DNA of 53,795 nt, taken from positions 1 through 53,795 of IMG/VR virus record IMGVR_UViG_3300026926_000001; one strand, given 5' to 3'. The stretch is from a virus (lineage: Duplodnaviria > Caudoviricetes). Below, in pieces: positions 28,604 through 38,835 of this stretch. The translations under genes were made by a program, and so were the position numbers. The notes beneath the pieces were generated by a model that ran no database searches, was not told the origin of the DNA, and saw only the letters and a list, made by a program, of their open reading frames with translations. Position 1 is the first letter of the stretch, and each line of letters starts with the position of its first letter.

Positions 28604-30825
28604 TGCCGCTACTTACAGCACAAACCCCAAATATCGCTGATCTGAAGATTAGCGAGTACAAAGTAGTGGTTGTGGACGCACAGCTAGGTATGAGTCAGGA
28701 TCTGTCTCAGCTAGTATCCAGTATACAGTGGGATTACGATCTTGACCAGCCTGCTGAACACTACCAAGTCAGCTTTGTGCATACCCAGAACATTGCTATG
28801 AAGGTCAAGCCTGGCGATCGCATCAAACTGTATGGTTGGGCGGTACGACCAGTAGGCAGCAACATAGAGATGTACTGGGAGCTACTAAAGCGAATCTACA
28901 TTGCCGAAACTTCGCTAAGTAGCGACGAAGGTGGCACTCTGAGGGCTACGGGCTACAACGTGATGTGGTATCTCATGCGCAATAAAGATACCATCATGCT
29001 GGAGCATGAAACTGCTAGCTCGTTTATCAAGCGCACTGCTGCCTACTTTGGTATTCCATTGGGTGTTATCCAGGAAACTAACGTACAGCTAGAGCGCGAG
29101 CCTTTTATCAACCGTACCCTGTGGGATATGTGGGTGTCTGCATTGTCTTACACACGAGACATAAATACAGACGCGCGTTTCATCTTGCAAGAGAACGGTG
29201 GCAAGGTAGAACTCATCCAGCGTATACCATCTAGTGGTGTCTGGAATTTCATGCGCGGCCAGTTCGTGCCTGGGCCACAGTCCTGGGAGAACAACCCAGG
29301 CAATATCTTCTCCAGCACAAATACCTTCAGCATGCAGAACTACTCGAACGTTATTAGGGTCTACAAAGGCACTACTGCGAGTCAGGGTGCTAACTTGCTG
29401 GAGGGTGATCCTAGCTCTGATAGTAGTGGCAATCCCACACTACAGTTTCAGTGGCCCCCACAAGCAAGAATCGAAGCAGGTCAAGATCCAGAAGTAGAAC
29501 GCTATGGCATGTTTGTTGAATCTGTTGATCTACAAGCACCAGGTGAAGTAGCGCTCGATCTGGGCAATGATGCTGCTAACGCAGAACAACAGGGCATGAA
29601 ACTGTACAAGAAGTTGGTGAAGTTTGAGAACACAGGTACAATCACCACCTTCAATGTCAACACCATACGCCCAGGTGATGCACTGTATCTCCGAGATGAG
29701 ATAACTGGTCTGGTGGGCCAATACTATGTCAAGTCTGGCAACCACAATATCTCGGATCAAGAAACCTCGATGACGCTTACCGTCAATATTGAGGACAAGC
29801 TGCCAGAAGAGTACGATGCGAGGCCACAGAAGAAGAGTTCTGCCAATACTCTGCTTGGGCCTGCCACTGGAGCTCCTGGTGCTGGACCGTCTGGGCAGAA
29901 CTGGACGCTTATGTCTGGTTCAGTCAGTATTACAGATCGTTACCAACTGGCAGTAGCCGCAGGGTTCAACCCTGGCGATGATGCTATCAAGATGACTACC
30001 ATTAGCTACTTCGAGTGTGGTAACTGCGATATGTCTGCCGTGAATGCAACTGGTGACGTCAGCTTGTGGCAGATAAATCAGGTACACTGGCCGTCTTACG
30101 GTGGCCCAGAAGTCCTACAGAATCCGCGTCAAAGCGCCAGGGCAGCCTATGGTGTGTGGAAGGGAGCTGGTGGTGGGGAAGCTGGCTTCCGACAGTGGCA
30201 TGTCTATCCTGGTTGGAATGGGCCAGGTACCGGAACCTCGCAGACTGCGTGGGATGCCAAATTGGCTGAGATACGTGCGGTCGTAGGCAGTGGTGGTACT
30301 ACGTCTAGGACAGGCTGGGAACCCACCGATATGCGCGGTAAGCTACCAACTAACCACGAAGCAGATTATGATGTTAGAGCATTGTCCGACATTACTGGTA
30401 TCACATTACACTACACGGCTGGTGCAGTCAATCAGACTGTGTATCAAGTAGCTCAGTACCAGACTTCGGAAGCAGCAAGAGACCAGACAGGTAATGGTAC
30501 GCCGTTCCCAGGTTTGGCTTACACCCTGTTTGTAGAGCAGGATGGTAAGACGTCTCTTGCTTGGGATCTCACTGTAAGAACCTGGCACAACGCTGCTTTC
30601 GATAGAAATAGGACCAATGTCGGCATATGCTATGCTGGTGACGTAGCTCCAACTGATGCACAGATAACAGCGATGGCACAAGCAATCGGTTGGGTACAGA
30701 AGAATCTTGGTAGAAAACTAGGCTTAGAAGGGCACAAGGATTCTTATGGCGATACAGAGTGTCCTGGCCCACAGTGGCCTACCTGGAAACAAACTGTAGT
30801 CGATAGGGTACCTTTGAACCTATGA
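28603..30825 (+). CDS. Baseplate hub (XkdQ-like) fused to transglycosylase-like and amidase_2 domains
   Basis: Hub N-terminus; FE...SLWQIN...W; TLHYTA...WHN...GHKD...TECPG. Confidence 0.85.
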   Translation: MPLLTAQTPNIADLKISEYKVVVVDAQLGMSQDLSQLVSSIQWDYDLDQPAEHYQVSFVHTQNIAMKVKPGDRIKLYGWAVRPVGSNIEMYWELLKRIYIAETSLSSDEGGTLRATGYNVMWYLMRNKDTIMLEHETASSFIKRTAAYFGIPLGVIQETNVQLEREPFINRTLWDMWVSALSYTRDINTDARFILQENGGKVELIQRIPSSGVWNFMRGQFVPGPQSWENNPGNIFSSTNTFSMQNYSNVIRVYKGTTASQGANLLEGDPSSDSSGNPTLQFQWPPQARIEAGQDPEVERYGMFVESVDLQAPGEVALDLGNDAANAEQQGMKLYKKLVKFENTGTITTFNVNTIRPGDALYLRDEITGLVGQYYVKSGNHNISDQETSMTLTVNIEDKLPEEYDARPQKKSSANTLLGPATGAPGAGPSGQNWTLMSGSVSITDRYQLAVAAGFNPGDDAIKMTTISYFECGNCDMSAVNATGDVSLWQINQVHWPSYGGPEVLQNPRQSARAAYGVWKGAGGGEAGFRQWHVYPGWNGPGTGTSQTAWDAKLAEIRAVVGSGGTTSRTGWEPTDMRGKLPTNHEADYDVRALSDITGITLHYTAGAVNQTVYQVAQYQTSEAARDQTGNGTPFPGLAYTLFVEQDGKTSLAWDLTVRTWHNAAFDRNRTNVGICYAGDVAPTDAQITAMAQAIGWVQKNLGRKLGLEGHKDSYGDTECPGPQWPTWKQTVVDRVPLNL

Positions 30826-32570
30826 CAACACTTGACGGACCGCAGAGATTACTAGACACCCTCCGTTATATTGCGGATACGGAGGATAAACTCAATGCGC
30901 TATCTGGTACTGGTGTTGTCTTCCGCACAGGCGTAGTACTCAGCAGCTTGCCCCAACTGACGCTATCCATGGATGGTGAATCTTCCATGGGTGGCCCAAT
31001 GATCTTCGACGCATCCCAGGGCGATTTGCTGGTACCTGAGGATCTGTTCCTAACTACTGGCGACACGGTAGTCCTTGCACCATTGTCCAAGCGCAAGTGG
31101 GTAGTGTTGTTCAAGACCAGAACCAGTGCGGATCAGGTTTACCGTGCTCGTTATGGTATAAACAATGATCGCAATGGTGGTGAGTTCGCTGGTCTTGAGA
31201 TTACAGAGGATCCCAACACTGGTCATGTCACAGTAACCCTGGTAGGCACCAACACCAATGTCAATGGTGATACTGTACTGTCTAACGGTGGTGGCTTTGG
31301 AGGAGGTGAAGTAGGTCCTCCAGGACCAATTGGCCCAGAGGGTCCTCCAGGTCCGCCAGGTCCTGCTGGTCCACAAAGTACAGTCCCTGGTCCGACTGGC
31401 CCTCCTGGACCTAATGGTCCGCCAGGTTTGACTGGCCCCACGGGTCCTCAAGGTCCTGCAGGCCCACAGGGTCTAACAGGTGCCACAGGTTCTATCGGTA
31501 ACACAGGACCTCAGGGTCCACAAGGTGCTGTAGGCCCGACTGGCCCTCAAGGAAACGTTGGTCCTCAAGGTGCAAAGGGAGATAAAGGCGACACAGGCGC
31601 ACAAGGCACTCAGGGAATTCAAGGCCCACAGGGTGTTACTGGCCCTACTGGTTCCCAGGGACCTAAGGGTGATACGGGCCTGACAGGTCCACAGGGGTCG
31701 CAGGGCACTACTGGCGCTACTGGACCACAAGGACCAGCAGCTACAGTCAATGCTGGAACAACAGCGACGAGTGCGCCAGGGACCAATGCAAACGTCGTAA
31801 ATGCAGGCTCTACCAGCGCAGCAGTCTTTAACTTCACCATCCCACGCGGTGATGTTGGCGCGCAAGGAGCGACAGGTGCTCAGGGCTTACAGGGTCCAGT
31901 AGGGCCACAAGGACCAACTGGCTCGACTGGTTCTCAGGGTATACCTGGACCAACTGGTCCACAGGGAACGCAAGGCCCAACTGGCCCAACTGGACCGATT
32001 GGACCTCCTGGTGGTACTACGATGCGTGAGGAGTCCAAGCCTGTAAATGGTACCACGGTAGTCAATACAAGCCAGGTACCTGATTCACTGATATATGTGA
32101 GTCGCAATGGTATTGTTCAATCTAGTCAGGATGGACATTTCACACAAGCAGGTGGTGTCTTCACATTCTCCACACCTTTGGATGGTACCGAGCGTGTGGA
32201 GATCAGCTATGTGGTTGGTTCTATCGGTGGTGTTGGGCCTCCTGGTCCTCCTGGTCCAAACGCTGCTGTGCATGAGGAATTCTTGCCAGCTAACGCAGCG
32301 ACTACAGTAGCGTTGGGACAAACTCCTACTGTCTTGTTGACAGTGTCGCGTGGTGGTATCATACAGTCACAAACCGACGGCAACTACTCTCTAAGTGGTC
32401 GTACAATTACTTTCACAGACGCATTTGATGGAACGGAACGGGTTGTGGTATGCTATGTAAGCAACACCTATGTTCCACCATCCTTCGTCGTCACACCAGC
32501 AATAGACACAGTGCTTCGTGCTTACATCTCGAGACTGATGACACCAATTGATCCGGGAGGACCACCGTGA
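30822..32570 (+). CDS. XkdR-position baseplate/spike protein with collagen-like repeats
   Basis: OB-like N-terminus (L..GDTVVL); long Gly-X-Y tracts; duplicated ~65-aa C-terminal domain. Confidence 0.75.
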   Translation: MTTLDGPQRLLDTLRYIADTEDKLNALSGTGVVFRTGVVLSSLPQLTLSMDGESSMGGPMIFDASQGDLLVPEDLFLTTGDTVVLAPLSKRKWVVLFKTRTSADQVYRARYGINNDRNGGEFAGLEITEDPNTGHVTVTLVGTNTNVNGDTVLSNGGGFGGGEVGPPGPIGPEGPPGPPGPAGPQSTVPGPTGPPGPNGPPGLTGPTGPQGPAGPQGLTGATGSIGNTGPQGPQGAVGPTGPQGNVGPQGAKGDKGDTGAQGTQGIQGPQGVTGPTGSQGPKGDTGLTGPQGSQGTTGATGPQGPAATVNAGTTATSAPGTNANVVNAGSTSAAVFNFTIPRGDVGAQGATGAQGLQGPVGPQGPTGSTGSQGIPGPTGPQGTQGPTGPTGPIGPPGGTTMREESKPVNGTTVVNTSQVPDSLIYVSRNGIVQSSQDGHFTQAGGVFTFSTPLDGTERVEISYVVGSIGGVGPPGPPGPNAAVHEEFLPANAATTVALGQTPTVLLTVSRGGIIQSQTDGNYSLSGRTITFTDAFDGTERVVVCYVSNTYVPPSFVVTPAIDTVLRAYISRLMTPIDPGGPP

Positions 32571-33499
32571 CAACTCTCGACTTGATACCATCGCAAGATG
32601 TATCAGTCGTCCCGTTGGATGTATCTACTACTAACAAGGTAGTTATCTGGCCTGGAGCTGGAGGTGCATTCAAGAATACGGGCAATGCGCTCATAGACGG
32701 GCCACTGTACATTGGTTCCACCAACCAGGCACTAAAGAACGCTGTCAATGCTGCCCAGATGCTCAGCCTTGAGAGTCAGGTTAGCCATCTGTTCTTGAGT
32801 TCTGGCCCTGGAGCTAATGTACATCTAGCTGCCAATGCTTATTACGATGGTGTCAACTGGCAGCGCTACGATGTGAACAGCACGTCTGCTGTATTTTCTG
32901 CCAATGCTGGCGGTGGATTCTCGTTTTACTCGCAAGCTGCGGGTGCTAATCCACTATCATTGGCGTCTGTAGCCCAGATGAGCGCAGCAGGCAATTTGAC
33001 GCTCAATGGCGGCAACTTGTATCTACGCAACGACAACGGGGTGTTCTTGACGTGGAACGGTACATACATTCGCAGTAATGTTGGCCTATACACAGATGGA
33101 ATACTCCAATCGGTTGGCCGTCTGATTACCAACAACTGGGACGGTGGTTGGTCGAACAACCTGGGTGGCACGACATATGCACAGAGTCATCTTCTGACAG
33201 CTGGACGCTTTGCCACAAACGGATGGTGGGACACAGGTTACGCCAACTCACTCGGCGGCAACGTGCTCGTGAATGGTTTTGTCTACCAGCGAGCTTCAGG
33301 TAGTTACCGTTGCTGGGACAATGGTGACTTTACCTATGATACTGCGGCCAGTGGTAGCACTCTGGTGCAGCGCGATGGCAGTGGTTATATCAGAGGTACT
33401 TACATCAATATGTCGGCGGACATACAAGGCGGTGCCCCCGTATATGTGGCAGGGCAGAATGGAGACAACTATCTACGTTGGTACCCAAAAGCCTCGTAG
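32567..33499 (+). CDS. Tail fibre-like protein
   Basis: Gly/Asn/Ser-rich; TLVQRDGSG fibre motif. Confidence 0.7.
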   Translation: MTTLDLIPSQDVSVVPLDVSTTNKVVIWPGAGGAFKNTGNALIDGPLYIGSTNQALKNAVNAAQMLSLESQVSHLFLSSGPGANVHLAANAYYDGVNWQRYDVNSTSAVFSANAGGGFSFYSQAAGANPLSLASVAQMSAAGNLTLNGGNLYLRNDNGVFLTWNGTYIRSNVGLYTDGILQSVGRLITNNWDGGWSNNLGGTTYAQSHLLTAGRFATNGWWDTGYANSLGGNVLVNGFVYQRASGSYRCWDNGDFTYDTAASGSTLVQRDGSGYIRGTYINMSADIQGGAPVYVAGQNGDNYLRWYPKAS

Positions 33500-33864
33500 G
33501 TCCCCCTGCTCTTACTGAGATTGGCGGGACCTATCCAGTCACCTCTTTCCCTTCCGGAACATCGAACACGCAATTGGCGTATGTTACCGTGAACCGAACA
33601 GGTTATTGGGCATTCAGTTACGCTCTGGGGGTTACAAGCGATTCGGATCATTTAGTTCTCTACGCACAGTACGCAGGAGCAACACAGTTCTCACTAGATG
33701 TCAACCCACAAGCTGTACACGGAGGCGGTTTGGGTGGAGTTGCCTATATCGCGAATGGACAGCAGATCTCGATTCTTGGCACACACTCATACAACGGTGG
33801 TTATAACATCTCGTACCAGACGCTCAAGTGCTGGTTTGTTCCGACCACTAGCTATCCATCGTAA
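33484..33864 (+). CDS. C-terminal receptor-binding-like domain, likely reached by -1 frameshift
   Basis: Slippery C CCA AAA plus hairpin; paralogous to C-terminus of 41988-43064. Confidence 0.7.
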   Translation, partial: PKSLVGPPALTEIGGTYPVTSFPSGTSNTQLAYVTVNRTGYWAFSYALGVTSDSDHLVLYAQYAGATQFSLDVNPQAVHGGGLGGVAYIANGQQISILGTHSYNGGYNISYQTLKCWFVPTTSYPS

Positions 33865-33872
33865 AGGAGCAT

Positions 33873-34250
33873 TTGAAGATGGGGCTTAGCGGCACATTTA
33901 CTGACCCTAACACTGGAGCGATAGATCAACCGCTCTATGTTGTTGTGTATGGTATCAATCTTGACCATGCACTAAAGACAGCGATCATACGTGCCAATGC
34001 CTACGTCAGTGATGAGATGTATGAGCAAGGCAAACAGTCGCTGCGTACTATGGATCAGGCATGCTCGGACACTGCTGTGGGTGTCGCCAATATAGAGCCA
34101 TCTACAGCATACACAGACTACTTCAGCTCAGATGCTCTGGTAGCCGCAGCCCAAGAGGACCCGCCAATTGACGTCTGGTTGCAAGCTTATCGGTGGCTGC
34201 AAACACTAGAACTCTTTGCTAACACTCAATTCGACGGCAAGGTACACTGA
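33873..34250 (+). CDS. Hypothetical tail-fibre-associated protein
   Basis: SD AAGGAG, TTG start; QAYRWLQTL. Confidence 0.65.
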   Translation: MKMGLSGTFTDPNTGAIDQPLYVVVYGINLDHALKTAIIRANAYVSDEMYEQGKQSLRTMDQACSDTAVGVANIEPSTAYTDYFSSDALVAAAQEDPPIDVWLQAYRWLQTLELFANTQFDGKVH

Positions 34251-35164
34251 TGAGTAGGCAGCGCGTACCCAACAATATGTTGCTGGATCTCGTGGAAACA
34301 AGTAGTTTCCGCGCTACGGGTGCGGCTGCAAATTTTCCCGCCAGTGGTTCAGGTGAAGAGTTCTATGTAGCGCCATCTCAGAAAAGTACCATCCAGTGTT
34401 ACAATCGTAGTACAGCCACATGGCTGGATCTAGTCGCCAACACTAGGAACGTCTTCATCAATCAGGCAAATCCATCTGGAGTGCTACAGTTTGGTGCCGC
34501 CAGTACACCACCTGTAATGAGACAATCGGGTAGTGGCAGCTTGACTGTTGAGTCATCCAACCAGTATCTCATGCTGCACAGTAAGGGGACTACCCACGCT
34601 GGTGGAAACACCTATTGGGATGCGACTAACTGGCGTCCGTACGATGCTGCACAGACAGCCATGATGTTTTCTGTGAATCTGGGTTCTATCAACTTCTATA
34701 GCGCAGCAGCAGGGAACCCGACACCTCTGGTTGCTCTCCAGAACATACAATCAAGCACGGGTCTGTGGACTAATGATACCTGGCACACGGTAGCCTACCA
34801 GAGCGGATTTAGTGCGCAGTCTGGCTGGAACGATGTCCAGTATACACGCACTCCTGAAGGTATGGTACGGTTCCGCGGCTTGCTTATGTCACCAGCTTCT
34901 GGGTGGGCGTACAATGTACCAGCTTTTACTCTGCCAGTCGGTTATCGTTTGACACTTGAGCCAGGTGCTGGATATCCTGCCAATCAAGGTGCTAATGGGT
35001 ATCATTTTTTCTGGACGATTTCGGATGGTGCTTTGGCTAATCCATTTGGCATGATCTATATCTGGGCTGATGGTAGATTCTGTCCCAATATGGCTTCTGC
35101 TGGAGCCACTGCTGGCGTGCATTGGTGGGATATGTCTGGTATAGCATATATGGCGGCGGCATGA
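34250..35164 (+). CDS. Tail fibre/receptor-binding protein, paralogue A
   Basis: G.VRFRGL...FTLPVGYR head motif. Confidence 0.75.
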   Translation: MSRQRVPNNMLLDLVETSSFRATGAAANFPASGSGEEFYVAPSQKSTIQCYNRSTATWLDLVANTRNVFINQANPSGVLQFGAASTPPVMRQSGSGSLTVESSNQYLMLHSKGTTHAGGNTYWDATNWRPYDAAQTAMMFSVNLGSINFYSAAAGNPTPLVALQNIQSSTGLWTNDTWHTVAYQSGFSAQSGWNDVQYTRTPEGMVRFRGLLMSPASGWAYNVPAFTLPVGYRLTLEPGAGYPANQGANGYHFFWTISDGALANPFGMIYIWADGRFCPNMASAGATAGVHWWDMSGIAYMAAA

Positions 35165-36048
35165 GTAGACAACGTGTTCCCAACAAGATGCTGCAGGATC
35201 TAGTAGATGTTTCTGCACTGCATACGACATCTGCTCTGTATCCAAGTGCTGGTGCTGGTCTAGAACTCTACAGCTACCCGCCAACGACACCAACGCAGGG
35301 TATGATCCAGAGCTTTGATCGTACTGCTGCGGCATGGTTGGATCTGGCTATCAATGCCAAGAATCTGTCCATAGTACCTCAAGGGTCCAACAGCAAGCTG
35401 TTTATCGGCAACTACAGCACACCGCCGTTCTTCTATCCTCTGGGTAGCGGCAGTTTGAGCATTGAGTCTCCTGCCCAATATCTGATGCTGCACAGTAAGT
35501 CAGGTACCCATTTGGGTGGAAATGCTTATTGGGACGGCACCAACTGGTATCGTTACGATACAGCATCAGCAGCAGCTCTTGTCATAGTTGCATCCTCAGC
35601 GATTTACTTCTGGACTGCGCCTGCTGGGACAGGTCCTATTTCGTGGGCGCAAAACATGAACATTGCGCAGGCAACGGGCTTGCTGACAGCAGATACATGG
35701 CATACTGTCACATACCAGAATGGATTTAGTGCGTACTCTGGCTGGAATGATGTGCAGTACATGCGCACGCCAGCAGGCGAAGTACGATTTCGTGGACTGC
35801 TCGGATCACCCACTACAGCCTGGGGGCATGGTACAGCGGCATTTACAATGCCAGTTGGTTATAGACTCGCCTACGAGCCTGGTAGTAGCGGTGTCAACTA
35901 TCATCATTTCCCGATCCTAACGGATAGTGCGCTCGGAGGTGTTACTATCTGGCTTACTGGAATGATCAGTCCATGGTTCTCTGCAGGAGGCGTTTCTTCG
36001 GGAGCACACTGGTGGGATTTCAGCGATATAAGCTACATGGCGGTGTGA
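35161..36048 (+). CDS. Tail fibre/receptor-binding protein, paralogue B
   Basis: Starts MSRQRVPN as paralogue A; colinear similarity. Confidence 0.75.
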   Translation: MSRQRVPNKMLQDLVDVSALHTTSALYPSAGAGLELYSYPPTTPTQGMIQSFDRTAAAWLDLAINAKNLSIVPQGSNSKLFIGNYSTPPFFYPLGSGSLSIESPAQYLMLHSKSGTHLGGNAYWDGTNWYRYDTASAAALVIVASSAIYFWTAPAGTGPISWAQNMNIAQATGLLTADTWHTVTYQNGFSAYSGWNDVQYMRTPAGEVRFRGLLGSPTTAWGHGTAAFTMPVGYRLAYEPGSSGVNYHHFPILTDSALGGVTIWLTGMISPWFSAGGVSSGAHWWDFSDISYMAV

Positions 36049-36049
36049 T

Positions 36050-36340
36050 ATGACTTCTCATACTATCGAAGTTTCCGAAGACGAAGAAGCAGCCCTGCAA
36101 TTCATGGCTGGTACTGATGCGTCCTCTGGTATGTGGCTAGAGAACTATATCCGTGGACAACTTGCCGATTGGGTATTGCGTCACAAGGCCAGTATGTCCG
36201 CTGTTTCAGCCAATGATGTAAGCCAGGCATATCTACTTGCCACGCCAGAAAAGAAACAGCAAGTTCTGGATACACTAGGGCTGGTAGCACCTGAAATTGC
36301 GTTGCAAGAAGATCCTGCACCCTGGATGCCTAAACCGTGA
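36050..36340 (+). CDS. Hypothetical protein
   Basis: Tight operon packing. Confidence 0.6.
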   Translation: MTSHTIEVSEDEEAALQFMAGTDASSGMWLENYIRGQLADWVLRHKASMSAVSANDVSQAYLLATPEKKQQVLDTLGLVAPEIALQEDPAPWMPKP

Positions 36341-37899
36341 GTCCTGTCCAGCAAATACATCCACCAGATATCATAGTTCCTCTGCCCAGGAACTTGGCCC
36401 TGAACGCTTCCTTTGAAAACTGGATAAGTCAAACTCCGTCTACTGCCAACATGATGGAGACGGCGATAGCTTGGTTTACCCAAGGCACAGAGATCACGAC
36501 CACACCTGACAGCGCTAATCAGGAAAGTGGTCGCTACTGCATGAAGTGTGTACAGACTGCTAATGCAGGCCCATCATACATACACCAGAGCTGGGAGTTT
36601 CCAGACTTGGTAGCAGTTCTGTCCATACCCAACAAGCAGAATCTGTCGTTGTTGATCGGGCAGACTGTCACCTTTACGGCCAGAGTCAAGACTGCATCAG
36701 CCAATGTAAGAATAGGCATAAATTGTTGGAATACAGGTGTTGGCAATAACTTCACCTGGTCTACCAATGCAGCGACAAACAACATCTACCAGACTCTGTC
36801 TGTAACTGCAACAATCACAGCTAATACCAGATTGTTCCAGTTGATGCTCAATGCTAACGGGGCTGCGACGTACTACGTAGACAGCGTGATGCTGGTCATT
36901 GGGCCATATAGTCAGGAGTGGACACCAGGGCCAATCGTAGACCGCGTACAGAATGCACAGTTGGCTGGCGATATACCTCGTGTCAATATGCTCAGCAATG
37001 GTGGCTTCGAGCTGTGGCGCAATGGTACAAGTGGGCTTGGTGCCAACGCATACAACGCAGACAAATGGTATGGTCAACTCTTTGGTGGTGCTGCCACATT
37101 CAATGGCACCATTGCACGAAGCACAACGGTAGATCCTAATGGCCGTTCGCTCTATTCATGGACGGCTAATGTCACCGCTAATGCTACAGAATGGTGCCGT
37201 GTATACCAGATACTTACTGACTACGGGCAAGTAGTTGGTGGTGCGGCACTAACTTTCAGCATGCGGATCAGAGTCTCTGTTGCCAATGCTGCTCGCATAT
37301 GGTTGTATGCAGACACAAACAACGGGAGTGGTGGCAGCAGCGTCCAGGCATTCAGTGCCTACCATAGTGGGAGTGGCAACTGGGAGACATTAACGGCTTC
37401 CATCATCGCACCTGCTGGTACCAACTACCTGATGGTGGCGTTCTACTTCTATGCGACATGCACACCATATGTGGATAATGGGATGTTGGTACTTGGATCT
37501 GTGCCAGCAGACTACTATCCACTAAGTATGGCAGATGAGCGGGTAAGATGCGCCGATACCGCTTGGTTTACCTTGCCATATTCAAATGGTTGGGCAGATT
37601 GGGGTGGTGTTTGGGATGGCGCACAATGTTTCTTGGGTCCTGATGGAATTGTGCATGTGCGTGGTTTGCTCAAATCACCTGCATCTCCGGCATCTAGTCA
37701 AGCCGTAGTTGTTTTTCCAGTTATCTACCGACCGAAGAACAATCACTACCTTGCAGGAGCGGCGAACGGTACCATCAACACAACTTGGTACATCAATGCT
37801 GCTGATGGTAGTTTGAATATTGTGGGCTATAATGGCACTTCTACTATCCCAGCCGCTGGATATTTCTCTATTGCGGGTATGTCCTGGCCGAATTTCTAA
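36337..37899 (+). CDS. Tail protein with two carbohydrate-binding-like jelly-roll domains and RBP-type head
   Basis: Two NL..N..FE.W starts ending YVD..MLV.G; GIVHVRGLL...YRP C-terminus. Confidence 0.7.
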   Translation: MSPVQQIHPPDIIVPLPRNLALNASFENWISQTPSTANMMETAIAWFTQGTEITTTPDSANQESGRYCMKCVQTANAGPSYIHQSWEFPDLVAVLSIPNKQNLSLLIGQTVTFTARVKTASANVRIGINCWNTGVGNNFTWSTNAATNNIYQTLSVTATITANTRLFQLMLNANGAATYYVDSVMLVIGPYSQEWTPGPIVDRVQNAQLAGDIPRVNMLSNGGFELWRNGTSGLGANAYNADKWYGQLFGGAATFNGTIARSTTVDPNGRSLYSWTANVTANATEWCRVYQILTDYGQVVGGAALTFSMRIRVSVANAARIWLYADTNNGSGGSSVQAFSAYHSGSGNWETLTASIIAPAGTNYLMVAFYFYATCTPYVDNGMLVLGSVPADYYPLSMADERVRCADTAWFTLPYSNGWADWGGVWDGAQCFLGPDGIVHVRGLLKSPASPASSQAVVVFPVIYRPKNNHYLAGAANGTINTTWYINAADGSLNIVGYNGTSTIPAAGYFSIAGMSWPNF

Positions 37900-37908
37900 G
37901 GAGAAACC

Positions 37909-38256
37909 GTGGAACTCACTACAAACGGAAATGTTCACGTACCAGAATCACCGACCGAAGTAACTCTTTCACCTACAGAGTTGCGAAAGCTGGCACGACT
38001 ACATGCTCGTGCCGAAGGTGCTGCACAGGTAGCCCAAGCAGCTATCGTAGCGGCTCAGGCAGCACAGGAAACACTACAGCAGGCACTTACCGAGACCTGC
38101 GAAGATGCTGGCATGGAGGTGCCACAGGGACAAAATGCGCCAGTGAGTGTAGACTGGCGTACAGGTGTTGTCAAACTGCAACAGTCTCCAACAGGACCAG
38201 TGCCACAACCAGCACCTGTCCCACCACCTATTCCATTGACTGTGCCAGCAGAGTGA
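37909..38256 (+). CDS. Hypothetical helical protein (paralogue of 43073-43363)
   Basis: SD AAGGAG; LS...LA.L.AR.E and T..C...G...P shared. Confidence 0.65.
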   Translation: MELTTNGNVHVPESPTEVTLSPTELRKLARLHARAEGAAQVAQAAIVAAQAAQETLQQALTETCEDAGMEVPQGQNAPVSVDWRTGVVKLQQSPTGPVPQPAPVPPPIPLTVPAE

Positions 38257-38322
38257 CATGTCCGGGGCCGAGGAAAGAAAGGGAGTATGCCTACCAGAGC
38301 CTCGGCCTCGGGCACCCTACTT

Positions 38323-38350
38323 TTGGGGCTACTGTCTCATTGGCTATAAT
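38323..38350 (+). promoter_or_regulatory. Promoter for baseplate wedge operon
   Basis: TATAAT at about 38345-38350 upstream of SD GGAGA; weak -35. Confidence 0.5.
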
Positions 38351-38367
38351 GCGTAAACGGAGAACTA

Positions 38368-38835
38368 ATGCCAGTTACTACAGTCCCACGCTTTGAGGAT
38401 CCTGCGTTCGCTTCGGACGTTCCAGACCTCAATGCACAACCAATCTGGGGTACAGCACCCGCATTGAAGTGGGATTCTCCAGATGGCCAACTATTTCAAT
38501 TCAACAACTCGAACGAGTTTGTGTTTGCCAACGCTGGTGGCACGCTCGAACAGTTGATTGTGAAGTCTTTGATAACAGATCGTCTGATGTTCAACGCCTA
38601 TGATAAGGAGTTTGGCTCGGACTTCTGGACTATCATTGGGCGTGGGCTAAGTGATCTGGCTGTTATGACGGCTGCCGAGAAATTCACTCGGGATGCGCTG
38701 TCTAACATCGATCTCATCCGTGCGGTTGACCAATACGCCTCATCAGTACGGGGCGATACGTTATATATTGGCTTTCGCGTGGTCACTATTACTGGACAGC
38801 AACAACAATTTCAATTCGCAAGGACTGTACGGTGA
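38368..38835 (+). CDS. Baseplate wedge protein (XkdS/DUF2634/gp25-like)
   Basis: K.L.T.R....Y...FGSD, F.V.TI.G. Confidence 0.75.
   Translation: MPVTTVPRFEDPAFASDVPDLNAQPIWGTAPALKWDSPDGQLFQFNNSNEFVFANAGGTLEQLIVKSLITDRLMFNAYDKEFGSDFWTIIGRGLSDLAVMTAAEKFTRDALSNIDLIRAVDQYASSVRGDTLYIGFRVVTITGQQQQFQFARTVR

Noticed and set aside
34250-36048. Diversity-generating retroelement or invertible fibre cassette
   Set aside because: Paralogues differ at all base types, share orientation, and no reverse transcriptase or invertase is in the window
38260-38351. Hairpin with purine-rich loop and a 20-codon mini-ORF
   Set aside because: Most simply an end-of-operon stem; no independent support for the peptide
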